NCBI GenBank assembly: GCA_039698055.1
Contig: JBDKTL010000018.1
Coordinates: 1 to 29,310 of the forward strand
DNA: 29,310 nucleotides
Reading direction: 5' to 3'
Origin: Methanoregula sp.
GTDB lineage: Archaea > Halobacteriota > Methanomicrobia > Methanomicrobiales > Methanospirillaceae
Both the position numbers and the translations under genes were made by a program. Below, piece by piece: positions 1-9,349 of the stretch; the first letter of the stretch is position 1; every line of letters begins with the position of its first letter. The notes beneath the pieces are model-generated. The model ran no database searches and was not told where the DNA came from. It saw only the letters and a program-made list of their open reading frames with translations.

Positions 1-82
1 CACGAGATATCTCGGCAACCGGCTTTCCCCTCAGCCATTGCTTGATCATTCTCGCAATGTCTCGATCTGATAACTTACTCAC
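1..82 (-). CDS. IS481-like transposase, N-terminal HTH region (partial, truncated by the window edge)
   Basis: Manual translation from GTG at 82 gives MSKLSDRDIARMIKQWLRGKPVAEISR..., which resembles N-termini of archaeal IS481/ISA0963 transposases. Not in the ORF track. Confidence 0.6.
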   Translation of the reverse strand, partial: MSKLSDRDIARMIKQWLRGKPVAEISR

Positions 83-125
83 ATCGATATTTAGATTCGA
101 TGTCAAATGATTTCGGGATACTACA
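1..125 (-). mobile_element. Left end of an IS481-family (ISA0963-like) insertion sequence, continuing off the window
   Basis: On the minus strand the element starts 5'-TGTAGTATCCCGAAATCATTTGACA at 125; a 5'-TGT terminus is typical of IS481. A transposase-like ORF starts 43 bp inside. The other end is outside the window, so the IR and TSD cannot be confirmed. Confidence 0.6.
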
Positions 126-134
126 AAAAAGAAT

Positions 135-404
135 TCAACGGGCGGGTGCCGGTTGGAGAAGGATGCGCCCCGCTGAATTGAGCCTGAGCAGGATCTCGCT
201 CGTGGACTTTCCCCCGTCAAGATATCGCCTGGAGAGGAGGACCCGGACACCGGACCGGACACTGCTCTCGCTGTGGCCCGGGTACAGGTTCTGGACAACC
301 TGGTTGATGTGGCAGCTCTGGTGGTCTGCGACAGCCCGGAGGATGTCAAGCTGGGTAGGGGTCGGCACAAAAACTTCAGGCGTTTCAAAGGTAATTGCTT
401 GCAT
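135..404 (-). CDS. Small winged-helix-like hypothetical protein (~89 aa; alternative start 419)
   Basis: PTPTQLDILRAV...SESSVRSGVRVLLSRRYLD...LRLNSAGRILL follows a wHTH/MarR-like pattern. A T-tract follows the stop. Confidence 0.6.
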   Translation of the reverse strand: MQAITFETPEVFVPTPTQLDILRAVADHQSCHINQVVQNLYPGHSESSVRSGVRVLLSRRYLDGGKSTSEILLRLNSAGRILLQPAPAR

Positions 405-633
405 AGTAGTGTTTTTCATACGGCGTCCTGATACAAGATAAAATACTGATCGGTTCCGGTTACAGAAATCAAATCATTATAATAATATATGCTGTATGAG
501 ATGAAGTAATCGTGCCTGCTTCCGGTTCGATGCCGGTCGTGTCGGACATCGCAATATCTCCCACGCCAATTTATAAGACGTCTCATTCATCCCGACGAAA
601 AAAATCTCCCCTCACACCCGGCCCCCTGCCATG

Positions 634-735
634 ATTCCCGCCGGCAATTGATGTGAAAACTATTCAGATCTTACCCCAAAAACAGCCCTTTTTTCCCCGT
701 TATCCCGCTTTTTTTGGCCATCGACAAGAAAACCG
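634..735. repeat. Dispersed intergenic repeat, copy similar to 29177-29276
   Basis: ATTCCCGCCGGCAATTGATGTGAAAACTATTCAGATCTTACCCCAAAAACAGCCC aligns by eye with ATTCCCGCCGACACCCGACGTGAAGACCATCGGATCTTACCCCCAAAACACCCCC. Confidence 0.6.
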
Positions 736-902
736 TAATGGTTCTTTGACGTTCATGCCGGTTTTGACAATAAAAATCCGGGTGAGTCGACACGTGCTGG
801 TTGTTGCGATACTTTTTCCTGCACTCCCAAAACTCATATGAGGCCCTGCGGCGAACAACATACTGTTTTCATCAAAAAGAGAGGTTCGGGAGTGAATTAT
901 CA

Positions 903-1121
903 ATGAAGGTTACCCAGCTACAACTGAAAATGATTGCAATCGGGCTCATCCCGGTTTTCTTCATACTCACCTTTATCATGCCAGATACCACCACGAAAAC
1001 CATTCTTTTGGCGATGGTGATGATCACCGCCATGGTGGTTTCTTTTATCGGGTGGTCAATGGAGAAGCGGGAACCGGGGAAGGACGACGACCTGCTCGCC
1101 ATTCCTCCAAAGAGACCATAA
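903..1121 (+). CDS. Small membrane protein (72 aa, two predicted TM helices)
   Basis: ATG at 903, two hydrophobic segments (MIAIGLIPVFFILTFIM; ILLAMVMITAMVVSFIGW), a charged tail and a T-tract after the stop. Confidence 0.7.
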   Translation: MKVTQLQLKMIAIGLIPVFFILTFIMPDTTTKTILLAMVMITAMVVSFIGWSMEKREPGKDDDLLAIPPKRP

Positions 1122-1247
1122 TTATCTCACCTTTTTTTAAACCACAGGGAAACAAAGCAATTTAAAAACTAGCGGTAGGCCAACGATATATCTTTTACGT
1201 GCAGACCGTACAGTTCAGCATTATACAAAAAATGTGAGGAACTACCT

Positions 1248-1685
1248 ATGGACGATCTCCTGAAGATTATCAGGGCCCGGCATTCGGCAAGGGCACTCTT
1301 TGATCCAAAGAAAAAAGTGCCCGTTCGCGACATAAAGAAGATCATAGAAGCGGGCCGGTGGGCACCGACTGCCCACAACATGCAGAATTTTTAAGATACC
1401 TGTTGTCGATAACCGGCATGTCCTTGACTTAGCTCGGGAACATCACGACATACCCGTCACCGGACTTTATTAAGGAAAAGTTTGAACAGTTGTCGATGTC
1501 AGAAATGTCCTGAAAATACCAGACCCTATGGCGATATCCTTTGCCGTCCGGCCGTGGGGTATCCCGCTGCACAACCCGGCTACCTGAGGGTGCGCAGGGA
1601 CAGCCGATCCTTCACGTACCATAAGGGGACGGGAAAACCGGGTAACCGGTTGCATTGCCGCCACCGGCAAAAAAGCACCTCCTAA
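1248..1685 (+). pseudogene. Nitroreductase-family pseudogene (frameshifts plus internal deletion)
   Basis: MDDLLKIIRARHSARALFDPKKKVPVRDIKKIIEAGRWAPTAHNMQNF ends in an early TAA. Shifted frames continue KIPVVD / LGNITTYPSPDFIKEKFEQLS / IPDPMAISFAVR / VGYPAAQPGYLRVRRD, giving the R-x-S-x-R, WAPTAHN-x-Q and GYP nitroreductase motifs. Confidence 0.8.
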
Positions 1686-1830
1686 AAGTTTTGCTGATGA
1701 GGGGGCACTATCATTTTTGAAACGGTAAAAATGTCCGGCAGCCCAGTCCGCAGTATGGCAGAACCGGCCCCTCGCTTTTCCCCGGCAACAAATACAAAAG
1801 ATAATCGCCCGGTACCGGTAACATACTTTT

Positions 1831-2262
1831 ATGACGCTTTCAGAAGCAAGGATTGAGGAAGTAAAAAAGACGATGGATGCGTATGCCGGGGCATACCAGA
1901 AAAAGGATATCCGGACATTATCGGCGATATTCTCTCATAATATCACCGGCTTCGGGAGCGGACCTGATGAGGTTATCGGGAACCATAAGGACTTCATCCG
2001 CCAGATCAGGCGCGACATGAGCCAGGCAACGATCCTTTCGGTCGCGTTCACCGAACAGAAGATCTTCGGCGAAGGCAGGGTCGCATGGGCAACCTCAAAG
2101 AGCGCGATCACGTTCACGGTCGACGGGAAGGAGAAGCAGACGCTGCACGGCAGGTCGACCATGGTGCTTGCAGACACCGGAAACCGGTGGATCATCGAAC
2201 AGCTGCATTTCTCAATGCCCTTTGGCGGGCAGTCTGCGGGACAGTCGTTCCCCGGCGCATAA
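1831..2262 (+). CDS. SnoaL-like / NTF2-family protein
   Basis: 143 aa with the NTF2 pattern: N-terminal helix, GFGSGPDE, VAWA, RSTMVL...WIIEQLHFSMP. Confidence 0.85.
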   Translation: MTLSEARIEEVKKTMDAYAGAYQKKDIRTLSAIFSHNITGFGSGPDEVIGNHKDFIRQIRRDMSQATILSVAFTEQKIFGEGRVAWATSKSAITFTVDGKEKQTLHGRSTMVLADTGNRWIIEQLHFSMPFGGQSAGQSFPGA

Positions 2263-2621
2263 TTTTTTTTAAACTTTAAAAAATCAGGCCGTTGTAGATG
2301 AGAACCATATCGTCCGGCGCGAGGCAAGAGGTCTCTGCCATGGCTACTGCCTTAACCTTTTTGGAAATCCGGCTCGGAAGGTGGATTTGCGATAAAAGGA
2401 GTTGATGAAGCCAAAAAGGGGTGCAATAATTACCCGTTAAAAAAATCCCTGTCAATAAAAGCGGCCATGACGACGTGGACAGAGAGGGAGAGGCCTTTTT
2501 TTCCGGAGCCTGTGGCAACCGGATAATCACGGTTAAATAATGTAAACGGCAATATTCGTTTACGCCGGAAGCCCGGCCTGCAACAAGACGCCGGCTCTTG
2601 ATCGCGGAGAAAAAAATTACC

Positions 2622-4871
2622 ATGAAACTGCCCCGCCTGAACCTCACAATCTGGATACTGCTGGGGTTCAGCCTCGGGATTATCACCGGGCTGGTCTTTG
2701 GCGATCTCTGCTCGGTCATGAAACCCGCAAGCGAGGCATTCATCAAGATCTGGCAGATCACGATCCTGCCGTCTGTCGCGCTCTCCCTTATTGTCGGTAT
2801 CGGGAGCCTCAGACGGGACACGGCAAAAGCAATCGCGCTCAAGGCATTCCTGATCCTCCTTTTGTTCTGGATAATCTGTGTGATCGGGTATTTCTCGTTC
2901 CAGATGGCATTTCCCCCCCGGGTAGAAGCCTCGTTCTTCAGTACCCAGCAGCTGGCCGCAACAACACCCGTCAACCTCATCGACCAGTTCATACCGGCAA
3001 ATCCCTTCCTGTCGCTCGCGGACGGGATTATCCCTGCCACCGTCCTCTTCTGCCTGTTTCTTGGCTTTGCCCTGATGCTTGACGACGGGAGCGGGCCAAT
3101 CGTAAACATCCTCCGGACCCTTTTGCAGGCGCTCGACCGCATGACGCACATCATCGCAATGACCTTTCCGGTCGGCATCTTTGTCATCACTGCCGTCACG
3201 GCCGGGACCCTGACCTTCGAGGGGTTTTTGGATCTCCAGGTATTCCTCATTACCCTTGCGGCTGCTGCAGTCCTGCTCGGTCTTGTCGTCATGCCGCTTT
3301 TAATCACGTGTTTTACCACGTTTCGCTACCGGGACATCCTTGCCGCCGCCTCAAGGGCGATGCTCCTTGCATTCTCGACCGGCACCGAATTCATCACCCT
3401 GCCGCTTATCTCCGAAGGTGTGGAGAAACTATTCCGTGGCAGGGACTGGAACCCCGATACCCACAGCGTGAGCGACGACGAGGCAGATGACCGTAAAAAT
3501 GACCCGGGCAGAAAAGACGTCCGGTCGTACAGCGAGATCCTGGTCCCGGTCGCCTATACCTTCCCGCTGCTTGGCGGACTCGTCCCCTTTCTTTTTATTC
3601 TCTTCGTGGCATGGCTCTACAAGAACCCGCTGGATCTCATGGAACAGGTCCAGCTCGTCGTCGTTGGTATCCCCAGTTTCTTTGGCTCGTCCAAGCTCTC
3701 GGTGATATCGCTCCTTGACCTGATGCACCTTCCCGAAGATGCGTACAACCTGTACCTCAGCTCGGGGATCCTGCGGCAGGCGTTTGTTGCCCCCTTGAGC
3801 GTGATATCGATCTTCTCGTTCTCTGCCATCACCATCGCCCTCACCACGAACCGGGCCAAGTTCCGGTGGAAGAGGGCGGTCCTGTCGGTCATTACTGTCG
3901 TCGTTCTCGCCGCACTCCTGATTGCCGGGCTGCATGCCGGCTTTGCCCAGATGCTGACCGGTACGTATCACGGGGCTGACCAGATTGCCAAAATCGAGCT
4001 GCCCCTTGATCAGGAAGGACGGCGACTCGACACGGTCGTGAACACAACGGTCTGCCTGCACAAGGAGGATGTACCGGCGGTCGCCCCCCCGCCACCCGGC
4101 CCGCAGGATGAGATCCGGCAGATCCGGGAGAGGGGCGTCCTCCGCGTCGGGTATAACCAGAACAATGTCCCGTTCGTATTCTTCAACGGCAACGGCGAAC
4201 TGGTGGGGTACGACGTGGAGATGGCCTACGATCTTGCCCGGACCCTCAATATCTCCCGGATCGAGTTTGTTCCCATCACGGGAATCACCCTTGCTAAATC
4301 CCTTGACAGCGGTTACTGCGACATCGTCATGTCTGCGGTCGTGGTGAATGCGGACAGGCTCGACGCGATGAAATTCACCGACCCGACCGTTACCGTCCAC
4401 CTTGCGTTTGTTGTCCCGGATGGGAAAAAGGATGAGTTCACGCAGCTTTCTGACGTGAAAAAGATGGACGGACTGAGGGTTGCGGTGTACAACAACACGG
4501 CGCTTGTCCCGGTGGCACAGCAGCTGCTCCCCGGCGCGACGATCGTCCCGATCGATGCAAAGGAAGAGTTCTTTGAAGAGAGGAAGGCGGATATCCTCAT
4601 GATCCCCGCCGAGGAAGGGTATACCCTGACCCTGCAGTACCCGTTCTTCGATGTGGCCATCATCAAGCCGTACGATTCCTACCAGATGACGTACGGGTAC
4701 CCGATAGCAAAGGACAGCAGCGATTCCTACCTCCTCGCGCTCAACTACTGGATCAGGATGGAGAAGGACTACGGGATGCTTGATAAGAAGTACGATTACT
4801 GGGTGCTGGGTAAAATTCCGGGATCGGTCGAACCCCGCTGGTCCGTGGTGCGAAACGTGCTGCACTGGTAA
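2622..4871 (+). CDS. Dicarboxylate/amino acid:cation symporter (SDF/DAACS) fused to a C-terminal family-3 solute-binding domain
   Basis: Multi-TM N-terminal half (FIPANPFLSLADG, FPVGIF, AFSTG...TLPLI). The C-terminus has IRERGVLRVGY...PFVFFN...GELVGYDVEMAYDLA, the SBP_bac_3 signature. Confidence 0.9.
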   Translation: MKLPRLNLTIWILLGFSLGIITGLVFGDLCSVMKPASEAFIKIWQITILPSVALSLIVGIGSLRRDTAKAIALKAFLILLLFWIICVIGYFSFQMAFPPRVEASFFSTQQLAATTPVNLIDQFIPANPFLSLADGIIPATVLFCLFLGFALMLDDGSGPIVNILRTLLQALDRMTHIIAMTFPVGIFVITAVTAGTLTFEGFLDLQVFLITLAAAAVLLGLVVMPLLITCFTTFRYRDILAAASRAMLLAFSTGTEFITLPLISEGVEKLFRGRDWNPDTHSVSDDEADDRKNDPGRKDVRSYSEILVPVAYTFPLLGGLVPFLFILFVAWLYKNPLDLMEQVQLVVVGIPSFFGSSKLSVISLLDLMHLPEDAYNLYLSSGILRQAFVAPLSVISIFSFSAITIALTTNRAKFRWKRAVLSVITVVVLAALLIAGLHAGFAQMLTGTYHGADQIAKIELPLDQEGRRLDTVVNTTVCLHKEDVPAVAPPPPGPQDEIRQIRERGVLRVGYNQNNVPFVFFNGNGELVGYDVEMAYDLARTLNISRIEFVPITGITLAKSLDSGYCDIVMSAVVVNADRLDAMKFTDPTVTVHLAFVVPDGKKDEFTQLSDVKKMDGLRVAVYNNTALVPVAQQLLPGATIVPIDAKEEFFEERKADILMIPAEEGYTLTLQYPFFDVAIIKPYDSYQMTYGYPIAKDSSDSYLLALNYWIRMEKDYGMLDKKYDYWVLGKIPGSVEPRWSVVRNVLHW

Positions 4872-4890
4872 ACGTGATTTTTTTTTTAGC
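4854..4890 (+). repeat. 37-bp direct repeat, copy 1 (3' end and terminator of the symporter gene)
   Basis: AACGTGCTGCACTGGTAAACGTGA-T10-AGC; 36/37 identical to 9282-9318. Confidence 0.85.
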
Positions 4891-5050
4891 CGGGGCGCAA
4901 ATGGCCTTCTGTTGCACCTTTACGCCATTAGCTGCAAATCCCCCAACCTTAAGGAGATACGAAGGAGAATATGGACCGGGCGAATGCAGGTCCCGGTAAG
5001 CCCCAGTCCCGATCTCTTTTTATCCGGAGTTAACCACTCTTCCCGGGCAA

Positions 5051-6811
5051 TTACCCCCGGTTCGCCGGCTGCCTGCGCTCGCCGACCTGCTGGCGCCACA
5101 TTGCGTAATACAGGCCCTTCTGCTCAAGAAGACTCGCATGGGAACCAGTCTCGATAATCTTTCCCTGCTCCAGCACGTAGATGACATCCGCATGCATAAT
5201 TGTCGACAACCGGTGAGCGATCAACAGGGAGATCTGGTCCTTGCTCATCGAAATATTCCTGATGGTATTGGTGATATCCTCCTCGGTCAACGAGTCCAGT
5301 GCAGACGTCGCCTCATCAAAGATCAACAGGCGGGGATGACGCAAAAGGGCCCTTGCAATGGAAATCCGCTGCTTCTCGCCGCCCGACAGATTCATACCGC
5401 CCTCGCCGATAATCGTATCGATACCATGGGCAGAACCGGCGAGCAGGTTATCGCATGCAGCCTTGTGCAGCGCATCCATGATCTGCTCGTCGGTTGCGTC
5501 CGGCTGGACGAACAGGAGATTTTCCCTGATGGTACCGGCAAACAACTGGGGGTCCTGAGCCACAAAACCGATCTGCCGCCGCAACGGGTTATACCGTATC
5601 TGGGAAGAGGGATGGCCATTGAAATAAATCTCCCCGCTCACCGGGCTGTATAATCCCAGCAGGAGCTTGACAAGCGTGGACTTGCCCGCCCCCGAAGGCC
5701 CCACAAACGCGATCGTCTCACCGGTTTTTACCCGAAACGAAATCCCGTCAACGGCATTGAAATGTGCAGTCTTGTGATGGAACACGACATTTTCAAAACG
5801 GATTTCCGAGAGCTCAATGATCTCAATGGGGTTTTCCACGTTCTGTTCAATGGGCTTCTGCATCAGCTCGTCGAAATATGTCACGGACGCTTCGACCTCA
5901 TTATAGCTGATAATGATACTGCCAAGGTCCTGCAACGGCCCGAAAATGATCGTCGAGATGAACTGCATCGAGATCAATTCCCCGGTTGTTAAGAATTTCC
6001 TGAAAATCAGCCACAGGAGGATGAACAATATCGACTGCTTGAGGATCGCAAGCGTCGTTCCCTGCAGGAATGTCAGCAGGCGGATCCTCTTTACTTTTAT
6101 CATCTCTAAGTTGAAAATTTTCAGGTTGTTGTCCCAGATTCTGCGTATCTCGGGATACGTCAGGCCAAGGCTTTTGACAAGCTCGATGTTCCGGAGGGAT
6201 TCGGTAATCGCCCCCGATATTTTATAGGTTTCAAGATTGATCGACCGCTGCGTCACCTTGATCTGCTTGCTTAACAGCCCGGTGAGCGTCCCGAGCACGA
6301 CAATACCTACCACAAAAACCGGGATCAGCAGCCAGTTCTTGGTAACCGAATACACGATAAGAAAACAGATCCCGACGATTGAAGAGAAGACGACGTTGAT
6401 AAACAGGTTGATGAATACCTGGGTATCGGCTCGCACATTCTGCAGTACCGATAGCGTCTCGCCGCTCCGCTGCTTCTCGTACTCATCGTAGGTTAAACGA
6501 AGCGTCTGCTGCAGCCCGTCATTGAAGATCTGCATGCCAAATTTTTTTACTGCCAGTCGTGAGAAATAGTCCTGGAACGCTGTTGTCACCTGGGCCAGCA
6601 CGGCAACAGAGACCGCTATTGCCAGCCAGAACAGCACCCCCTTAATCAGGAGTTCTTCGGGGCTGTTTGCCGGGTTTAAGGCATAATCGTCAATAATCTT
6701 CCCGAAAATGAGCGGATCGACAAGGTTTAAGAGCTCGCTGATGCCTGCAAGGATGAGTGCGACAACAATGAGCCATTTCTGCGGCTTTAAGTACTTCCAG
6801 AGGATACTCAT
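5051..6811 (-). CDS. ABC exporter, fused permease plus ATP-binding domain (multidrug/MdlB-like half transporter)
   Basis: N-terminal TM domain, Walker A GPSGAGKST, signature LSGGEKQR, Walker B LLIFDEATSALD, H-loop IAHRLST. Confidence 0.95.
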   Translation of the reverse strand: MSILWKYLKPQKWLIVVALILAGISELLNLVDPLIFGKIIDDYALNPANSPEELLIKGVLFWLAIAVSVAVLAQVTTAFQDYFSRLAVKKFGMQIFNDGLQQTLRLTYDEYEKQRSGETLSVLQNVRADTQVFINLFINVVFSSIVGICFLIVYSVTKNWLLIPVFVVGIVVLGTLTGLLSKQIKVTQRSINLETYKISGAITESLRNIELVKSLGLTYPEIRRIWDNNLKIFNLEMIKVKRIRLLTFLQGTTLAILKQSILFILLWLIFRKFLTTGELISMQFISTIIFGPLQDLGSIIISYNEVEASVTYFDELMQKPIEQNVENPIEIIELSEIRFENVVFHHKTAHFNAVDGISFRVKTGETIAFVGPSGAGKSTLVKLLLGLYSPVSGEIYFNGHPSSQIRYNPLRRQIGFVAQDPQLFAGTIRENLLFVQPDATDEQIMDALHKAACDNLLAGSAHGIDTIIGEGGMNLSGGEKQRISIARALLRHPRLLIFDEATSALDSLTEEDITNTIRNISMSKDQISLLIAHRLSTIMHADVIYVLEQGKIIETGSHASLLEQKGLYYAMWRQQVGERRQPANRG

Positions 6812-7161
6812 TTTCGGTGGATAATGACGTTACGGGTTGAGGTGCAGCACACAACAATTGTGCAGATTCTGTTCTGAGTTTTTTATACATTTCATTATAG
6901 GATGTGGATCCCTTTAAAAACGGGATATAGGATGAAGAGAGAATAAAAGGTATTGTCTGCCGGGGTAAAAACCCTGCCCATCCACTTGGCCAGACAGGAG
7001 GCCCTGCTCCACCAGGTAAAGAGCATACAATAGCGTTTGACGGTGCCCCGCAAAATGCTCCGATTGGAGTAAATCCTATGTAAAATGAGACTTTTTTTTA
7101 AAGTGTATAAAAGTGTACGGTTTTTTGCATGAAATTTATCACCGGTTTTTTCTAAAAAAAA

Positions 7162-8016
7162 GGGTAATGTACTATTTTAGCCCCTAAATCCAAGAAGGAT
7201 TTACGGAGTGAAAAATGGTAAAAATTGCATGCCCAAAATGCAATTCAAAAAAGTTATACAAAATGAGTAGTGGAAAAAGACGCTGCTCTGAATGCAAGTA
7301 TGACTTCATTCCTCACAATTTACCCTTGAGATTAACGAGGGAAGAATGGAAACAGATCATTCATTTATTCCTCATGGAACAGAATTCCAACTCTATTATT
7401 GAACGAACTCGGTTCGAGAGACGTCGTGTATTCAGGGCATTAACCAAGATCCGAATTGTCTTGGCCACAGATGTACCTAAGATTTTTTCCGGCACAGTAG
7501 AAGTTGATGAAACATATGTCGGGGGTCAATGGAAAAACAAACGAAAGTCGATTCGTGATCACGGTACAAAACGAGGCCGAGGTACTAAGAAACAACCGGT
7601 ATTTGGAATCCTTTGTCGGAATGGTCAGGTCTGGGCCGAAGTCGTTGATGACGTTGAAGCTGACACGCTTCAACCACTTATCTCAAGAAAAGTATCAACT
7701 GGATCTACCGTCTGCTCTGATACCTGGAAAGCTTATACCGGAATCGCTGCCAGAGGATATGTCCATCGCCTCGTCAATCACGGTGAACGACAATACTCGG
7801 ATGGAAAAGGAAATCATATCAATGGTCTGGAGGGATTCTGGGGATTTCTCAAACGAAAACTCGCTTCGAAAGGTGGGATAACCAAACAGAAACTTCCACT
7901 TTATCTCGCTGAATACATCTGGAGATACAATCATCGCAACGATTCTGATAAGATTAAGATGCAGAGAATCTTACTCTTGTTGGAAAATTGTTAGGGGCTG
8001 GATTGGTACTTTACCC
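7162..8016 (+). mobile_element. Complete IS1595-family insertion sequence (855 bp)
   Basis: 26-bp imperfect terminal IRs: 7162-7187 GGGTAATGTACTATTTTAGCCCCTAA versus the reverse complement of 7991-8016 GGGTAAAGTACCAATCCAGCCCCTAA (21/26). Both sides carry A8 (7154-7161, 8017-8024), consistent with an 8-bp TSD. Confidence 0.92.
7215..7994 (+). CDS. IS1595-family (ISXO2-like) DDE transposase with N-terminal Zn ribbon
   Basis: CPKC...CSEC, VEVDETYVGG, KRGRGT, SDTWKAY, VNHG, HINGLEGFWGFLKR, YLAEYIWRYN. Confidence 0.95.
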   Translation: MVKIACPKCNSKKLYKMSSGKRRCSECKYDFIPHNLPLRLTREEWKQIIHLFLMEQNSNSIIERTRFERRRVFRALTKIRIVLATDVPKIFSGTVEVDETYVGGQWKNKRKSIRDHGTKRGRGTKKQPVFGILCRNGQVWAEVVDDVEADTLQPLISRKVSTGSTVCSDTWKAYTGIAARGYVHRLVNHGERQYSDGKGNHINGLEGFWGFLKRKLASKGGITKQKLPLYLAEYIWRYNHRNDSDKIKMQRILLLLENC

Positions 8017-8370
8017 AAAAAAAAATTTGAGCAGGACTTACGGGAAAAATTTCCAATGATTTCCTAAAAAAAAATCCCATGATCTTGTCACCCCAACCAT
8101 CCGCCAACATCACGGCCTCCGCCCCCTCAAAAGTACCACAACAAAACCCAAAACCCCCCCGGTCCTGTGAAGATCCCCCGATACCAGATAGACAACTCCT
8201 GGAGAAATTACCCGAAGAGGGGGGCCGAAAAAAGCGTTTTATGGGCATAATTAAAAATACGGTCGGGTAACCATCCAGCTTGAACATCCGCAAAGAAACG
8301 GAATTATATCAAGGCAATCCCCATGTACTATTTGACTCATCGATAAGGATAATCCGGATAGGAATGGTGC

Positions 8371-9129
8371 ATGGGATTGGATCTCATATCGTTTTTCCAG
8401 GAACAGGGAATCGACGTCTTTGCCGAAGTCCGTCTTGACAACCTTTCCGATGAAGACAGAGCCTCCATAGTGCAATTTTTCCCGGCCGCCCAATCCGTGA
8501 TCGTTTTTGGCAGGGAAGTTCCGGTCCTGGTATACCGTATGGCTCCAAAGGAAAAAACCAGGGGAATGCTCCGGATTGCAGAGGCGCTGGACACCACCGC
8601 AGCCCGGCTCGCCAGTCGCCTGGAAAAAGAGCAGTTCCCGGCCCGGGCGGTTCCGCTGTACCTGCCCGTCAGAATTGCCGGGGGCAACGTGCAGGGGGTT
8701 GTCCGGTTAAAGCATGTCGCCGTGGCCGGGGGGCTCGGGTCACAAGGCAAAAATACCGTCCTTCTTAATCCCCGGTTCGGTCCGCGGCTTTTGCTGAGCG
8801 GTGTTGTGACCGGGCGCCGTGCCCGGGAATCAGGGCACACGAAAAGTAGTACCGGAGAACAAAAAGCCCCGACCTGCACCGGATGCGGACGCTGCATCAG
8901 CGTATGCCCCGGGGGAGCACTGGGGCCACACGGCGTCGATGTGTTCCGCTGCCGGACCGTGAGTACCTGGGTTCACCCCGTCCTTGTTCCGGCAGTGAAG
9001 TGGATGCTCAAACGAACGTTATTATTGAAATGCATCGCCCCCCTTGCGCCGTGGATCGCCCGGACGGCAACGATCCGGTGCAGCCTCTGTGTCACAGAGT
9101 GCCCGACTTTTTCCGGAGACGGGTGTTAA
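8371..9129 (+). CDS. Epoxyqueuosine reductase (QueG)-like / 4Fe-4S cobamide-binding family protein
   Basis: FPAAQSVIVFG, LKHVAVAGGLGSQGKNTVLLNPRFGPRLLLSGVVT, and Fe-S motifs CTGCGRCISVCP and C...CSLCVTECP. Confidence 0.8.
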   Translation: MGLDLISFFQEQGIDVFAEVRLDNLSDEDRASIVQFFPAAQSVIVFGREVPVLVYRMAPKEKTRGMLRIAEALDTTAARLASRLEKEQFPARAVPLYLPVRIAGGNVQGVVRLKHVAVAGGLGSQGKNTVLLNPRFGPRLLLSGVVTGRRARESGHTKSSTGEQKAPTCTGCGRCISVCPGGALGPHGVDVFRCRTVSTWVHPVLVPAVKWMLKRTLLLKCIAPLAPWIARTATIRCSLCVTECPTFSGDGC

Positions 9130-9134
9130 AAACC

Positions 9135-9296
9135 ATAATCTCTCTCGGTTGTGCCGGGGTATGCAGGTCCACAACCCGGGTGGCGTGGCAACGTACGGGT
9201 ACATGATTTACAATGACGGAAAAAGTAAAAAGTTGATGCGAGTGGTTGGCTCTGGTGCCGGGATGACGACCACCGTGGCGGAACGTGCTGCACTGG
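9135..9296 (+). pseudogene. Degenerate 5' fragment of an archaeal-type ribonuclease HI gene
   Basis: IISLGCAGVCRS (frameshift) NPGGVATYGYMIYNDGK...VVGSGAGMTTTVAE matches the RNase HI pattern DGLC-x2-NPGGVATYGYVIY...G-x-G-MTNNVAEY. There is no start codon, the catalytic Asp is lost and the fragment is truncated. Confidence 0.7.
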
Positions 9297-9318
9297 GAAA
9301 CGTGATTTTTTTTTTAGC
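9282..9318 (+). repeat. 37-bp direct repeat, copy 2
   Basis: AACGTGCTGCACTGGGAAACGTGA-T10-AGC; one mismatch to 4854-4890. Confidence 0.85.
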
Positions 9319-9349
9319 GCCCCTCTGTCAAAGGAAAAAAAACCTGCAA

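Noticed and set aside
2276-4865. Long minus-strand ORFs 2276-3319, 2430-3149 and 3429-4865
   Set aside because: Antisense to the well-supported symporter-SBP gene, with no recognisable motifs.
8371-9129. Calling the Fe-S protein a true queG or a reductive dehalogenase
   Set aside because: Only the shared fold motifs are visible. There is no Tat signal or anchor gene, and archaea are not known to make queuosine.
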